Under the pieces are notes generated by a model. It saw only the letters and a list, made by a program, of their open reading frames with translations, was not told the origin of the DNA and did no database searches. Positions 36,991-51,195 of a stretch of 64,000 nucleotides of DNA are shown in pieces. A program made the translations under genes and the position numbers. Positions within the stretch are counted from its first letter, which is position 1, and each line of letters starts with the position of its first letter. Source of the stretch: Botryllus schlosseri (Eukaryota); NCBI GenBank assembly GCA_051294905.1, contig CM119372.1, positions 39,868,001-39,932,000 of the forward strand. The letters run 5' to 3'.

Positions 36991-39806
36991 TATGGCACGT
37001 TTCGAAGATGTGCTATTGGCGCGGGGTTACGTTGTGTGGGAGATGTGCTTGTCGGACAGACAAATTTGAGTAGCTTATTCATTTATAACATGTTAGGAAA
37101 ATCCAGTTTACGTAAGATCTTGCATGAACATGATTTTCCCAAGATGTTACAAGAGACATGGGCTGCTCTGCTTTTTCTGTGAAGATGCGCTCGTCTAGCA
37201 GAGAGCCAACTAGGAATATTACTTCTCTGGGGTTGCTTCTTCGTGTTTGGTTTGACGATAATTGTTTTAAGAGTGGTGGATTTGGAACTGATTAGAACTT
37301 GGTGGTTCATCTGCCTGTGTTTGAACTGGATTTCGTCGTTTGCTTTGTGGTTGAAGGTAGCAAGAACAGGATAGGGCGGCCAGACTTACACCGAATACTG
37401 GATGTTCAAAACGTGCAACTGGAACTGCACACTTTTCAAAACTCTAAACCGGAACTACCGACCGTTCAAAAATCCACAGCAACTCCTCCATTTCTGTTTT
37501 AAAGGATCCACTTTACAAATGGATATCAGTACAAATTAGACATGGAAAGGGTCTGGCTACGCCACTGTTAGTGGTGATAACTCTGAGCTAGCAGTAGCTA
37601 CAAGAACACCGGTGTCTCGCCAAACGATGGTACATGTTGCTGGTTTTTTCTGCAGTTATTTTTTAATGCCCGGCTAGAACTCGATTTTTTCAAAATCCAC
37701 AAATGGTACTAGGTAGGGATGGTGTGAACTTGAGGTTCACGTTCGCGTTCTGTGTGTGAACCTCGGAAATTTAGAGGTTCACGTTCACAAACGAACCTTG
37801 GTAGGTTCTGCACTGTGAACCTTTGTCATATATTGTAATTTCCACTTCATTATAAGATCTTTCGTTAAATGTTATTGCATTACAACTATACGGGCCGTCA
37901 TATGCATGACGCTGGCAGCATATAGATCAACACTAAACGAGCATGCACCTTGAAAATCAAAAAATTTTACTTGCATTGTTGCGCAAGTTTGCTCGAATAG
38001 TTATAGTGACTCCCTGCTGTGAGCTTGACCCGCAATCTCACAACATTAAGAGCGAAATACACTACATGTAGGTACTATAGGTAGTCAGTGAATGATGCTT
38101 ACTGAACCAATTACCATAAAAACCAAATCCGTGCGGTTGGGGTGTTGGCTACTGCTGTATAACTTGTTAATTGGGTAATATCGTTCACAAATATGGAAAC
38201 CCGTTTAACACTTCTCTCAATATCAACGTCAGTCAGTCAGGTTTATTAATATTTTCATCGTTTCAAAACATCACAAGACTGCGATACAATGAAAAGATAG
38301 GAGAAACGTAGCAACACTGAGACGCCGAATACATTGTCCGGTCTGGCCTAGACGGTTAAGGCGCAATCTAATATTCCCTTGCAAGTCCCCGTCGAAACTG
38401 TTTGCAAAGCGACGGAAGATGTTGACTTTATGGGATTATTAAATCATTTGATTTCCCCAGTTGATACAATTGGCGACGTTCAAAACGTCAATATGTACTT
38501 CAGCATTGTGGCATTCTTAGGGCCGGGACGTCGCTAGGTATCGTGTACATTAATAATATAGGCTATCATGGGGTTGCCATACGTCCGGAATTTCCCGGAC
38601 ATGTCCGGAATTTCCCTGAAAAATCTGCGTCCGGGAGGAATTTCTAAAATATGCCTAAATGTCCGGAATTTTGAAGGCTTGAAGCAGGCTCAAAAGTTTT
38701 TCGTAAATCAACGTAAACAATTCTATTTTCAAGCAGATTTATGCTATTCAAAATTGTTCTTCGCGCCGCCCGCGAGTTAATGCAACGTATAATGATATTA
38801 GTATGGGCACCAGGCACCACCCTCTCCAAAAATTGCAATCAAAAGTAATATAAATACCCATCATTTACTGAAATAACTCTAACTAAGCTAACGGTATATT
38901 CCTAGAGTTGGTTAAGGCCAATTGGATGCTTCAATCACAGACAGTGGTTCCAAATCTTGGGGTCTTTCGCCTTTGTCTGGGGATCGCGATGATCTTGAGC
39001 TTTGCCACGGAACATTTTCAAGTGTGAAATGAGGTCGCGACCATACAAAATTGGAAATCACCGGATGTGCAACCTGCTGGAGCATTTTACAGTAGTCTAA
39101 TATATGGAAGAATCAATATTATTGACAGAATTCATACCTAAAATTTACCAGCCAAATGCATATAGTAAGTGCCCAACAAGTTACATCGACTATCCTATGG
39201 TGGGCCCAAGATCAGTGCTTTTTTGTGCGGAAGGGGGGGTTGTGGAGGAGAAAAAAAATTGTTGTTTCGGATCTGATTTCACATATACCGATAGCCCAAC
39301 AGTATAGCAGGACTGCTAATCGCAATCCTGACGGGCCAGACACGGCCCGCCAGATGATTTCATCCGGCCCGTGGATGAATTTATTGCAGACTGTGCTAAT
39401 ACATACATACATACATGCACGCACGTCGCACAATCACAACAACGAGAAGACGAGATCGCTCATGCGTTTAGGGAAACTACTAGAGAGAGAGATAGTAGTA
39501 AGAGATAATCACACACAGACCATAGCAAGCAAGTAGCAATCACCAGAGCTCACATTACAGATGGCCAGGGCTGTGGAGTCGGAGTCTGGGTAATTTTCGC
39601 TTGATGGAGTCGGAGTCGTGAAAACTATAATAGTTGGAGTCGGAGTCGGTGGGAAAATACTGACTAGAGTCGGAGTCGGAGTTTGTGAGAATGACCGTGA
39701 CTTCGACTCCGACTCCAACTTTCTCTATCATGAAAACATTTGCTTTCAAAGAATTTTCAATATAATTTTATGTACACCAATCACTGTTATTAATGACCAT
39801 ACAGAT

Positions 39807-40652
39807 CAGGTGGCGCCAGCCCGTGGCACGCGGGCCAAATTTGGCACACGATAAGGTTAGGTGTGGCCTGCGAGGTAATTCTCGAAATTATTTATAACAT
39901 CAGGTACAATTGCAAGGTCAACCGAAATTTCATTAGCATGACCGCGAAATTTGATGATGACTTAAACAACAGTTCTGACGCATTGACGTATCCAGGGGCC
40001 AGCCACATTTATCCCAGATCTTCGTACACGACCATAAAGTAGAATATTTCATAGCAGATTTATTTGACTTGAAATTTTTCTCGGTACTTCGCATGATTCA
40101 TTGTCACTAGATTTATTGCATTCAGTATTTGAGCCCCCATCTGAAAATTATAAATACCTATTATTCACAGAATTGAGTCTAACTATATTCGCAATTAGGA
40201 GATAACGTGTCGTCCAACATGCGGCTTCGCTTGTGCACTCGCAGCGAGATCGTCGACAAAACATTTGCACAAAATGATAGAGGCATGTTCACTGATATCG
40301 TCGATTTTGCTATGTCTAAACGTCGAATAATCCTGTCCTTGCCAAATGAGCCCAGTGGTATACAGTTGCGACCCCCAATGTATGCTATCAACATATTTAT
40401 TGATATAATTCAGTCATTATCTTGCAAAAAAATTTCGCGCTTGGCGCGACCAGGGCCTGATTGCGCACTGCACCGTTGCATGATATATTGTTATCAATTT
40501 TAGAGCGCATTTATATAAGTCTTGTTTGCAATGTTACCTAATTCGGTTCGCTCCTATCGGACGACTAAAAAAGGTTATCAACATTCCAGTTGCCCGCGCA
40601 ATGGTTCGTAAATCTCATGTGTCCCTTTGGCCGAAAAAGTTTCCCACCCCTG
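39807..40652. mobile_element. Charlie/Buster-like MITE (nest level 4)
   Basis: caggtggcgcc...ttcccacccctg; flanks atacagat/atatagat. Confidence 0.65.
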
Positions 40653-40682
40653 ATATAGATACAATTAGACATTACTTGCAAA

Positions 40683-41880
40683 CAGGGCCGTAACAGCACC
40701 TCGTCAGCCCCCCCCCCCCTCCAAACTTTGGTCTGGGCCCCCCGGTTATAGACCGAACGTCTGGGGGGCGAACGTCCGGCAATACACTGTTTACCACTAT
40801 TCATCATGATCATCGGGAGTTTGTTCGGTGAATCAGGTTTTGTCGCCTAAGCGCGCGAGGCGCGGAAAATTTCTAGAATTCATGATTTCATCGGTCAGTA
40901 TGATCGGGAATTGCGTATTTGTTATCAATTTTTATCTTCTCTCTGCTGACGTAATGAGATTTGTCGGTAGAGCTGAGTGAGGTGTGTTTGAAAAGGTAGG
41001 ACCACTCAATAATAACTCAACATCTTCGGGCGTATACCCGTTGGAAGGACGGAAACAGCACCTCGTCAGGCCCCCATCACGTTGTTCGCGTTTGTCACGA
41101 AATCATCTGTACTGTAATGTGAGCCGAGCCAGCGCGAAGCGAGAAAATTTTCGATGATTTATGATCAAATCGGTCAATCAGATCGGCGATTGCATATAGA
41201 TTATGCTATCAATTTATTGTCCTCTCTACTCACGTAATTAGATTTACCGGTAGAGCTGAGTGAAGTGTCTTGAAAACGGGAGGGCCCGTAAATATTGATT
41301 AAACATCTTCGGGCGGGCGGACCCGTTGATATGACTTCGTTACATGATGTTATTTCGTGACTTCCAGTCTACTATATCAAAAAATATAGAATTGCCCAAA
41401 CGTAGGCTTCTAAACTAAGAGACGCACACGATTTCAAATTGGTATTTCTTCCCTGGCATAAAATTTTTCCCAGCGGGATGGTATTTGTCTTGTGAGGTTC
41501 AGATTGCAAAGACAGGAACATTCGGCCCCAGTCATTCAGGCGCCTATGGACAATTAAACCTATATGTATTTTATATAGCCTATATAATGAAGTTTTCTGT
41601 CTGCGTAAGGGCATAGACCTTTTCGGCCAAGCTTTTCTCGCTGCCGATCGTTCTGGCACACTTCTTGGAGTCGCATGTTATATGACCTAAAACTTGATTG
41701 TATGTCTTGGTGGGTCGTGGCTCGGTAATGTCCCAATACCCAATAATATAAAAAAATTGCATAAATTTTCAAAAAATGCTCTATGATTTATGCTAATTCA
41801 CGAAATAATTTTGGGCCCCTTTCGAGCTCGCCCCCCCCCCCCCCAATTGGGGGGTTTGGGGTGCGGCAGTTACGGTGCTG
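40683..41880. mobile_element. hAT MITE, CAGGGCCGTAAC family (nest level 4)
   Basis: cagggccgtaac...gttacggtgctg; perfect TSD cttgcaaa. Relatives at about 45075-45670 and about 50065-51042. Confidence 0.85.
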
Positions 41881-44800
41881 CTTGCAAATTACAACTCAGT
41901 TGCAGAGGGGAAGAAAATCGCAATATGCGTTTTCGCGATGCAGTCAAAATTGATGCAATTTTTGGAATTATACCATGGTACTGTGACAGAGCAAATGCAT
42001 CGGCTGGCCTTGTAAAATTGTAAGAATCATGTAAATATGACCAAACAATGCTTCCCACTTGACAAAATTGAAAATATTTGTAGTGTAGCTTAGCTGTTTG
42101 GGTCGAGCAAATGATTAAGAAAGATTGCAAGTCCCAATCCTTGAATACTTGAGTAAGTACATGTAGACTAGACATAGGCTATGGTCTTTGACTACTTCAC
42201 TAAATTCAATTTATGACCAACGTCTATTAGTAGCCTAGTAAGAGTGCGTGTGCTTGTAATCAGGATAGTGTGTAATGACAAAATTAGTAAGTTCAATCTC
42301 TTTATTAGTTGCTGAATCATGCACAAGAGCTACACTTGGATTTTTTATCTACATTTTTATTATACAGGATTGGATATCTGCCATATTTGAATGATTCATA
42401 CATTTCAGTATATTGGAGAGTCCATTCTATAAAAACTTGGAAAAGGAAGGATATTTAGTAAATCTTTCTTTCATGTTAATTGCATTGTGGATAATTCGAG
42501 CTGTTCCACAATGAAACAATTTTGCACGCCACCGTTAATCATATGTTTGCATATGTTTAATGGTTGTATGATAGTTATTTAACCGACAATGTGGCATATA
42601 ATTTTCGAAGTAAATTGGTCATAATGCTCGAGTCGGAGTCGGGAGTCGGAGTCGGTACGTTTAAAAACCCAGGAGTCGGAGTCGGAGTCGGTACGTTTGA
42701 AGACTCAGGAGTCCGAGTCGGTATATTGAAAATGTGTGGAGTCGGAGTCGGAGCCGGAGTCGGTGGTAGAATTTACCGACTCCACAGCCCTGCAGATGAC
42801 CTAATTCATGACATATGCTCCACTCCATTCCGGTATAGTGTATTATACAGTCAATGGCAATGCTTTGCCAGTGTGACGTCATATTGACGGTCAATGAGTT
42901 ACACCTCATTTTAAAATCCGCTAGTGGGCGCTAAAAAGTGTCCGGAATTTGCTTCACAAAAATATGGTAACCCTAGGCTATCACCTCACTAAAATGTAGG
43001 GCTTGAATTAGCAATATGACGTCATGAGGTTCACGTTCGCGTTCACACAGAACCTTTCAAAAAGGTTCACGTTCACACGAACCAGAACCTTTCAGAGGTT
43101 CAGACCATCCCTAGTACTAGGGCAATTTTCAAACTGCACAACGAAAACTATGGTATGAAGCAAAATATCTGCTAAAGCGTTATGGCAAACATCAATAAAA
43201 TGACAGTTTGAAATAACATATGTGTCGGGTAGAGATTTTGGTATTGCTAATCCTTGATCCCTGGGTTAACAAAGTACGAACGTACACGTGTAAGCTAAAC
43301 AAACCTCATACTGTGTAGACGCAAAACACGAGAGTATCATTGTTGGGAAAGTTTCTGATTCGCGGTTGAAAATTCGTCAATTTCGTATAATCCCTGTCGC
43401 AACTCCGCAGTAATCAACTGCGAAATTCAGGCTATGATTCGCCTCTTAAGTTTTCAAGAATTGAAGTCTTTGGGTATTGTTTGTCCCTGATGTCTAGCCT
43501 GGTTAGAAAAGTGATGCCATGTCGACGGTGAGTGGCAGTTTTGAATCAATCAAATCACAGTCTTTAATAATATTCAGGATTTCCAATCAGACTACTCCTA
43601 TTTTGAGGTATGAATCACAGCAGGCTGCGTAGTTATTACCGATATTAGTGTCAGTGAAGGTTAGAATAATTCATCAGTGTAAGTTGGTATTATTATCACA
43701 CTAATATGGACTGTTCCAGAGCAATGCTTCCCAACCAGTGGTGGCTTTTGGGGTGGGCGAGGTGGGCGGTCGCCCGGGCCCCCCCCTGGTCGAAGGGGCC
43801 CCCCCTCTTTGGTTCATGTACTTTTTTTCAGGGATAATAGCGATTAAACACGGAAATCCGTGTACCAATCAAGAATATGATTCCGTGCAGATGTGTCAAT
43901 CATCATCAAATCTCTGCATTTGTTAGGAAAGTCCCGTATCCCTATAATCAGCACGTCTCTGCATGCGGTAGAATTACTTAGTTTTGATGTAGTCTATCCT
44001 TGCACACATGCAATAATAGATATGGCTGAATCCAGCATCTGGGCAAACCTTGACGCGGTGAAAGATAGGTAATTATAACATGTGCGCAAGCGGGGTCTGG
44101 GGGGTGGAGCCCCCGAGAAGTTACGGTTAGATACCTATAGCCCCCCCCCGGTAACTCTCAGACGCTCAGTTTGCTCGAAACATCCAGCTTTCCGTTCGTG
44201 AATATTTAGTGACTCTCTGCTGTGAGCTTGACCCGCAATCACACAACATCAGGAGAGAAATACACTACATGTAGGTAGTCAGCGAATGATGCTTATTGAA
44301 ACAATCAACGAAATTGATATCGTTGTCTTATGTAAAAAATCTATCAGGCGTACTGGGTAAATCTTGATTTTATATGTTTATTGTATCACAAAAAACAAAT
44401 TCATGCGATTGGAGTTTGGCTACTGGTGTATGTATGTGTAATGGGGTAATATCGGTAGCAAGTATAGAAATCCATTTTACACTCTGCTCAATATTCACGT
44501 AACTATACTCAGACGCCGAATACATTGTCCAGTCTGGCCTCTGAGACCGTTGCGTAAGCTTTTATTCTCTTGCAAGTCGTCGCCGAAATTGTTGGCAAAG
44601 CCACGGAAGATATTGGTTTTATGGGATTTATCTTATCATATGATTGCCCCAGTTGATACATCTGGAGAAGTTTAAAACGTCAATATGTACTTCAGCATTG
44701 TGGCATTATGTGGCCCGAGTCGTCGCTACGTGTATCGTGTACAGCAGTGGTTCTCAACCGCCGGTCCACGGACCGGTGCCGGTCCGCGACGACATTCCTG

Positions 44801-46073
44801 CCGGTCCGCCAGATATATTAAAATTTTATACCTTAATTTCAAGATGCAATGTTGAAGTCTTTTCCATTGATGAAATAAATAAAACATCAAATTTTAAACT
44901 AATTCAGAACTTATTGAGGTAACATATAAGGCTGGAAACATGTTCGATTCGACTTGAAGTTCAAGACGTGTCATTTGACGACATGCGAGCGACAAGTACA
45001 GAACAGATAAGTGCTGACTCATCGTTAAACACCGCAGTTTGCGCAAGCATTCGTATCGATTCATTCGTTTTGTGCAGGACCGTAACTGGGGCACCCCAAC
45101 CGCCCAATTGGGGAGGGGACGAGCTTGAAAGGGGCCTAAAATTATTTTGCAAATAAACATAAATCATAGCGTATTTTTTGAAAGTTTTTCTAACATTCTC
45201 AAATTCTTTTCGCGTTTTGCGCGATTTAGTGTCGCTAAATGTCTTGCTTATTAGGTGCCCATCTCCAAGAAATACGCATGATACATAGAAATAGGCATTT
45301 CGGCGTCAGCCATTACCAAGCCAAGACGTACCAACACATAATGAAGTTTAGGCTAACATGGGACTCCGAAAGTTGTGTAGCGAGAAAACCGATTCAGTCA
45401 TGAATACGGCAAGTTTTTGCAATTTTTTTTACAGCTTCCGGCAGCTTCCTAAATACTCGTAACATATGTAGAACGCTGTTTTGAGCTGTTTGAAGGAATC
45501 TTATAGTGCAACTCTTTGCAACTTTTGTCCATTTTTTTTTCATGCAACTTTTTGCAACATTTTGCAACTTTTTCGATTTTTCATGAAAGTATTTTTCATT
45601 TTGGTGAAATACACGGCCAAATTCGACTGAAATACGGTAAATCAGCACTGAAGTAACGCTGTTACGGGTATTTCGGGAGCTGAGCCGGAAAGTTGACCTT
45701 TTTTAGTCAATCATTAGAGAATGCGGATGGAACTAGAAAGTTGACTTTTTTTTTAGTCAACCGAGCAAAATGTGGTCTTTTAGTGCAAAAATAAATGCAA
45801 CTTTTTACTGCAACTTGCTTCAGTACCACGGCGAGCTACCTAACATAGGCGATGGGCATATTGACCACAAAAGAAATAATATTTTATCAAATGAATACAA
45901 ATACAACAAAAAACCATTATCATTAATTCGATTTCATTTTGAACTGCGAGCTGTGTACGATACCTGGAAACGCTTTTCAGCAACTAAGGAATCGATATTG
46001 GGACCAGCGAGATATCTTACTAGCTGAAAGACCATCTCCACGTAAAGCTTGATCTTGTGGAGAAGCCCTAAGA

Positions 46074-46356
46074 CAGTCATTCTCAAACTTTTTCAGACAC
46101 GCCTCCCTTTATGACACTGAAAAATCGTCATGTCACTCAATGCAACCAGAATGCTAGCAATCCCAACGGCTAGTTCAATGGCATGGAAGGTTATGACTGT
46201 TGATGAGAGAATTCTATAAGATGAATTCCGGCCTATACACGGAGCAATAACTATGAATATCAGGTAAATCACGCCGAGCGCGAATAAATTTTCAGTTGAG
46301 CGCATCTCCTCCTCCCCTTCATGATGCTTTCGCGCTCCCGAGTTTGGGAACCACTG
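46074..46356. mobile_element. Charlie/Buster-like MITE
   Basis: cagtcattctcaaac...gtttgggaaccactg; flanks ccctaaga/ccctaagc. Confidence 0.7.
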
Positions 46357-46988
46357 CCCTAAGCCATTTCTAAGCGTCTCGGTTTTGGCAGTGTTTGGGC
46401 CATTGCAAGTCAACGCAATATGCCCATTCACATCAGCAGATTCTCACGCGATGGAATGCTGTTGCCATCACCACATCCGTTTTAGCTAGTGACGAATAGT
46501 GATGTTGGGCACAGGAGAATAGCTTGTTTTGAAACAACAACATGTTGAAACTGTAGTCAATTTCCGCATTTGAAATTGGATTTCTTAGCTTTCTTCCAAA
46601 ATCTCAAATCAGGTCGCAGGCCGCAGAATATGACTTGACGGGCCACATGCGGCCCGCGGGCCGCGTGTTGGTGACCCCCGGCCTACAGTGATGTACCTTT
46701 ACATATTATAAATGCCCGAAGCCCGAGTATTAGTCGCGCAAGTTATAGACCTTCAAAGAGAATCCAATCTCAGACAACGATCTGCACATTTCCATAATCA
46801 ACCCATATTGTCCTAACCTATTTACTGTGTATCTTCCTTGTTGGCTATTGTAAGCCGACGCAACACAGTGACGCTAGAAATTAACAAACTTTCCATAGAA
46901 TATCGCGCGATACGCGAAGAAATAAACCTATTGCGTGCTATTTGACAAGTGTCACATATCTATTATCTGTTAAAAGATCGCCCTAGAT

Positions 46989-47869
46989 CAGGGGTGGGCA
47001 ACATACGGCCCGCGAACTGAATTTTGTCCGGCCCGCGGACAGTTTTCCGTTTTACATGATAATTTGGCCCGCGGCCCTAGTCTGCCGAGATTTCCCACTA
47101 CTTGCTTACAACGTCAAATTTTAGTGACTGCATAGTGCATGTTAGTATATACGTATATGCGCAGCGTGCTAGAGTGGAGCTTACGCGTAATTTCGTCGAA
47201 GCGAGAAGACTTGCATTATCGGCATTTGCGATGTACTCAACCCTAATGTCGTTTGTGGTAATCATGGTGTTTGTCGACTACAATGGTCAATTACACCAGG
47301 CTGATATTTCTTATTTTTCATTCTGTAACCGCCGACTTGTAGCACGGCACACTTCTAGGCTTTTGTAAGACGAAAACACTGCTTATACCAGGGGTCGCCA
47401 ACTCAAAACGGGTCGCGGGCCACTTTTCAAATTTCGTAGAGGTCGCGGACCGCATGAATTCATTATCGAGATTTCTCAGGCCGCACAGTTGAACAACGAT
47501 GCTATCTCGTCACCTACCCAACCCTAACGAATATATGTGTTGGTAAATTAGGGGTACCGGGGTTATCGAACTCCTTGAAATCTTAATTGAGGATTGCACC
47601 GTGTGTTGATTGATCAGATAGAAGCAGACATTGCGGCGCCCGTATGACAATGCTATTCTCAAATCCACATTGTCTTCGTCATTATCGGCGAGAAATGGCT
47701 TTGAAGTGACATTACTGTCGTTAAAATGTATTCATTAAATGCGATTTATTCCTTGTATATGTGGAATGTGGATAAATGGGCGAATATTGTATCGATTCAG
47801 CAATCCGGCCCGCCAAGTACTTAATTTTCCTATATCCGGCCCGCCGACTCGAGAAGTTGCCCGCCCCTG
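46989..47869. mobile_element. Charlie/Buster-like MITE
   Basis: caggggtgggcaac...gttgcccgcccctg; perfect TSD ccctagat. A related copy lies at about 48511-49080. Confidence 0.88.
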
Positions 47870-49096
47870 CCCTAGATCGAGCAGTGATTCCCAAACTGGG
47901 TGCCGCGGCAGGTTAGTGTGGCTCCACATATTGCTAGGTGTGCCGCGAATCTTTTTGTAATTTTGAAAATAACTTGAATATTTTTTTAATGAGGCATGCA
48001 TGTTATCATATGCGACTAGAAAGTGCTCTAACCGTTTCATATGTGATATTGATAAATAAACATATATGATGCGACCATTTCAATGGAACCAATCAAGGTA
48101 TTGCTGACGAGCTGAGTATTTGCAAACGTCATACGTATAGGATTAGGGCATGGTATGGTATGGAACGAGAATTTTCCATACTCCATACTTGCCTTACTCT
48201 CTCCATACCATACTTGCAATTTTCCATACCATACCAACATTGTTCCATACCATACTTATACATATTCCATACTTTCAAATACTTCAATATCATAAGTATA
48301 GTACCTTTTATAGCACCTATATTATTGATATTTCGGATGTATTTATTGCTTAAACTGACCATGATGCGAATCTAATTCTTGGTAATAGTTTTACATAGTC
48401 TGTTTTGGTGAGGTTTAGTTCACGGTGGTGAGGTGCCGTGTACGTCTACTCTACAGATTCCACGAGAAAAGTGAGATAGTCTGCTGATTGTTATCTAGGA
48501 CCGTCCATAATAGGGAGTGGCAGCATACGACCCGCGGGCTGGATGCGGCCCGCAACAAGATTTTGTCCGGCCTGCGGACAATTTCCCGTCTTACATGATA
48601 ATGTGGCCCGCGGCCCCAGTCCGCCAAGATTCCCCACTACTTGCCTAAACGTGTAATTTGAGTGCACTGCGCAGCGTGCGAGAGTGGAGCTTACGCGTAA
48701 GTTCGTCGAAGCGAGAAGACTTGCATTATCGGCATTTACGATGCACTCAATCCTAATGAATTGATATCTTGGTAATTGTTGGGTGCCGGGCTTATCAAAC
48801 GTTTGAAATCTTAATTAAGGATTGCACCGTGAGTATAGTTGATTAGAGAGAAGCAGACATTGCGGCGCCTGTACGACAATGCTGTTCTCAAATCCATATT
48901 GTATTGTCATTATCGGCGAGAAGTGGCTTTGAAGTGACATTGCTGTCGATAAAATACATTCATTAAATACAATTTATTCCTTGTATATATGGGCGAATAA
49001 TCTATCCATTCAGCAATCCGACCCGCCAAGTTCCTAATTTTCCTATATCCGGCCCGCCAACTGAAGAAGTTACCCGTCCACAAGAATATCATCGCA

Positions 49097-49367
49097 TTTC
49101 ATCATCATCATTGGTTTATTAGCAATTTTATCACTTCAATACACCACAAAAAATGCGATACACTGAATAGACAGGAAGATGTCGAAGCGACTTGGATTTG
49201 TCAATGGAATCGGACACCCACCTTGGCCTAGGCGTAGTAAAGAGGAGGCATGCACACTGAATGAAAGTAAAGAATACAGTATAGAAAAAGAAAGCGACAA
49301 GAAATAGGGCGGCATGTCATGGGAAGCGAGATCGATAGGTCAGTCGTGGTCCGGTAATCTTGAGGAT
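49097..49367 (-). repeat. Retroposon 3' fragment with (GAT)n tail
   Basis: Inverted copy of 52210-52482; on its sense strand it ends ctaataaaccaatgatgatgatg. Confidence 0.65.
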
Positions 49368-49823
49368 ACATATTGGCATGAGGCACATGCAAGTTTCAAT
49401 AAGTAACTACTCGCACAATAATTTATAATATAGGCGCACCCATAAAATATCCCAGCTGCAGGTGATCAATACTGAAGCGATCTGCGTGATTATTAGTACA
49501 GTATTTGGTTGGGGTTAGCGTGGCGAGAATTTGAAACTATATCTACCCCACTCCCTGATCTACAATCCTAATGCGAGAGCGTTTGAAATATGACCAATAT
49601 CTCGGTATGTAAATAGTTTAAATGTGCGGACAATGATTCAGAAGAAATGTAATTGTCAATCACATTGAGCATTTAGTACGTTGCATCATGATTGCTTGTA
49701 AGCTGTCATCACTCAAGGAATGAAGTAGTTGTAGTAGCCTACATGACCAATTATTGCGTCACATGATAGACCATGCTCGGAGACGTCGTGCTCTAGAGTC
49801 TAGCTAGAGTCTAGAGTCTAGAC

Positions 49824-51195
49824 CAGTGGTTCCCAACCTTTTTCGACTCATCGCCCCCTTTTCAAACTCCACACCAATCATCGCCCCCCCCCCCCCCCCC
49901 CCCCAAATATTGGGAACACAAAAATGGGCATACAGACTGAAATCACCGGCGAGTTGACTAAGAAAAAAGGTCAACTTTTCGGCTCGACCTCGAAATTATA
50001 CTTTTCCAGCTAAATTTTTGGTGAGTTGACTAACAAAAAAGGTGATTTCTCCGACTTGATTCCCAAAGGACCGTAACAGCACTTCGTCAGGCCCCCTATA
50101 CGTTGGTCTTGACCCCCTTCATAGGGCGATAAAGCAAACTTCTGCATCCCACAGACCTAACTCCCCCGATACATCTTTACCGCTACTTCTCAGCACAACA
50201 TGTTGGACTCTCTAGTTAGTCGGCTTAATTCGCGCGAAGCGCGAAAAATTTCTATTATTCATGATTGAATCGGTCAATATGATCGGGAATTGCATAAATA
50301 TTGCTGTCAATTTTTTATCCTCTCTCTGCTCTTGTATTCAGATTTACCACTAAGGCTGAGTGAGGTGTCTTGGAAAATGTAGGGCCCGTAAATAACAATT
50401 GAACATATTCGGGCAGACCCGTGGGTATAATGACTTCGTTACGTAATGACATTTCGTGGCCTGTCTGCTATGTCAAAAGATATTCAAATCGCCCATACGT
50501 ACTAAACTAAAAGACGCACACGATTTCAAATTGGTATTTCTGCACTGGCAACTAATTTTTCTCTGCGAGATGGCATTTATTTGTGGGGTTCTGATTAGAC
50601 AGAACAGGAACATTTGGCGCCAGCCATTTAGGCGCCTATGGACAATCAAATATATATGTATATCGTATATATATATCGAAGTCGGTCAGCATAAAGGCAG
50701 TCCTCTTCCGCTAAGGTTTTCTTGTTCTGGCACACTTCTCGGAGTCGCATGTTACATGGCCTGAAACTTCATATGTCTTGGTGCGTCATGGTGTGATAAT
50801 GGCTGACGCCGAGATGCCCATTTCTATACCTCATGCGTATTATTTCTTGGAAGAAGCGTATCCAATAAGCAAGAAATATGCGACCACGAAATGGCGCGCA
50901 GCGCGAAAATTTTTTGGAAAATTTGCCTAAATTTCCAAAATAATACTCTATAATTAATGTTAATTCACGAAAAAATTGTGGGCCCCCTTCGAGCTCGGGC
51001 CCCCCATCTCAATTGGGGGCTTGGGTGTGGCGGTTACGGTCATGGACGCCAATATAGCCATTTCAACGCGCCATCGCCCCCCTATCGCCCCCTTCGTTCG
51101 TTTTCGCCCCCCTATCGCCCCCTTGGCTATTTTCGCCCCCCTGGACCGACAAATCGCCCCCTGGGGGGCGATATCGCCCACGTTGGGAACCACTG
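49824..51195. mobile_element. Charlie/Buster-like MITE containing a CAGGGCCGTAAC-family insert
   Basis: cagtggttcccaac...gttgggaaccactg; perfect TSD gtctagac; ATCGCCCC repeats. Confidence 0.88.

Larger units (their letters stand above)
39566..42792. mobile_element. hAT MITE, CAGGGCTGTGGAGTCGG family (nest level 3)
   Basis: TIR cagggctgtggagtcgg...ccgactccacagccctg; flanks cagatggc/cagatgac; (GGAGTC)n subterminal repeats. Confidence 0.88.
38569..42975. mobile_element. hAT MITE, TAGGGTTGCCA family (nest level 2)
   Basis: tggggttgccata...tatggtaacccta; perfect TSD ggctatca; TCCGGA subterminal repeats. Relative of 52674-53809. Confidence 0.88.
37714..43113. mobile_element. TAGGGATGGTGTGAAC hAT MITE expanded to 5.4 kb by nested insertions (level 1)
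   Basis: Same TIRs as 2690-3575 in the opposite orientation; perfect TSD gtactagg. Confidence 0.9.

Noticed and set aside
39509..42909. GV-, TP- and SD-repeat ORFs (39509-39854, 42564-42909)
   Set aside because: They are translations of (GGAGTC)n subterminal MITE repeats.
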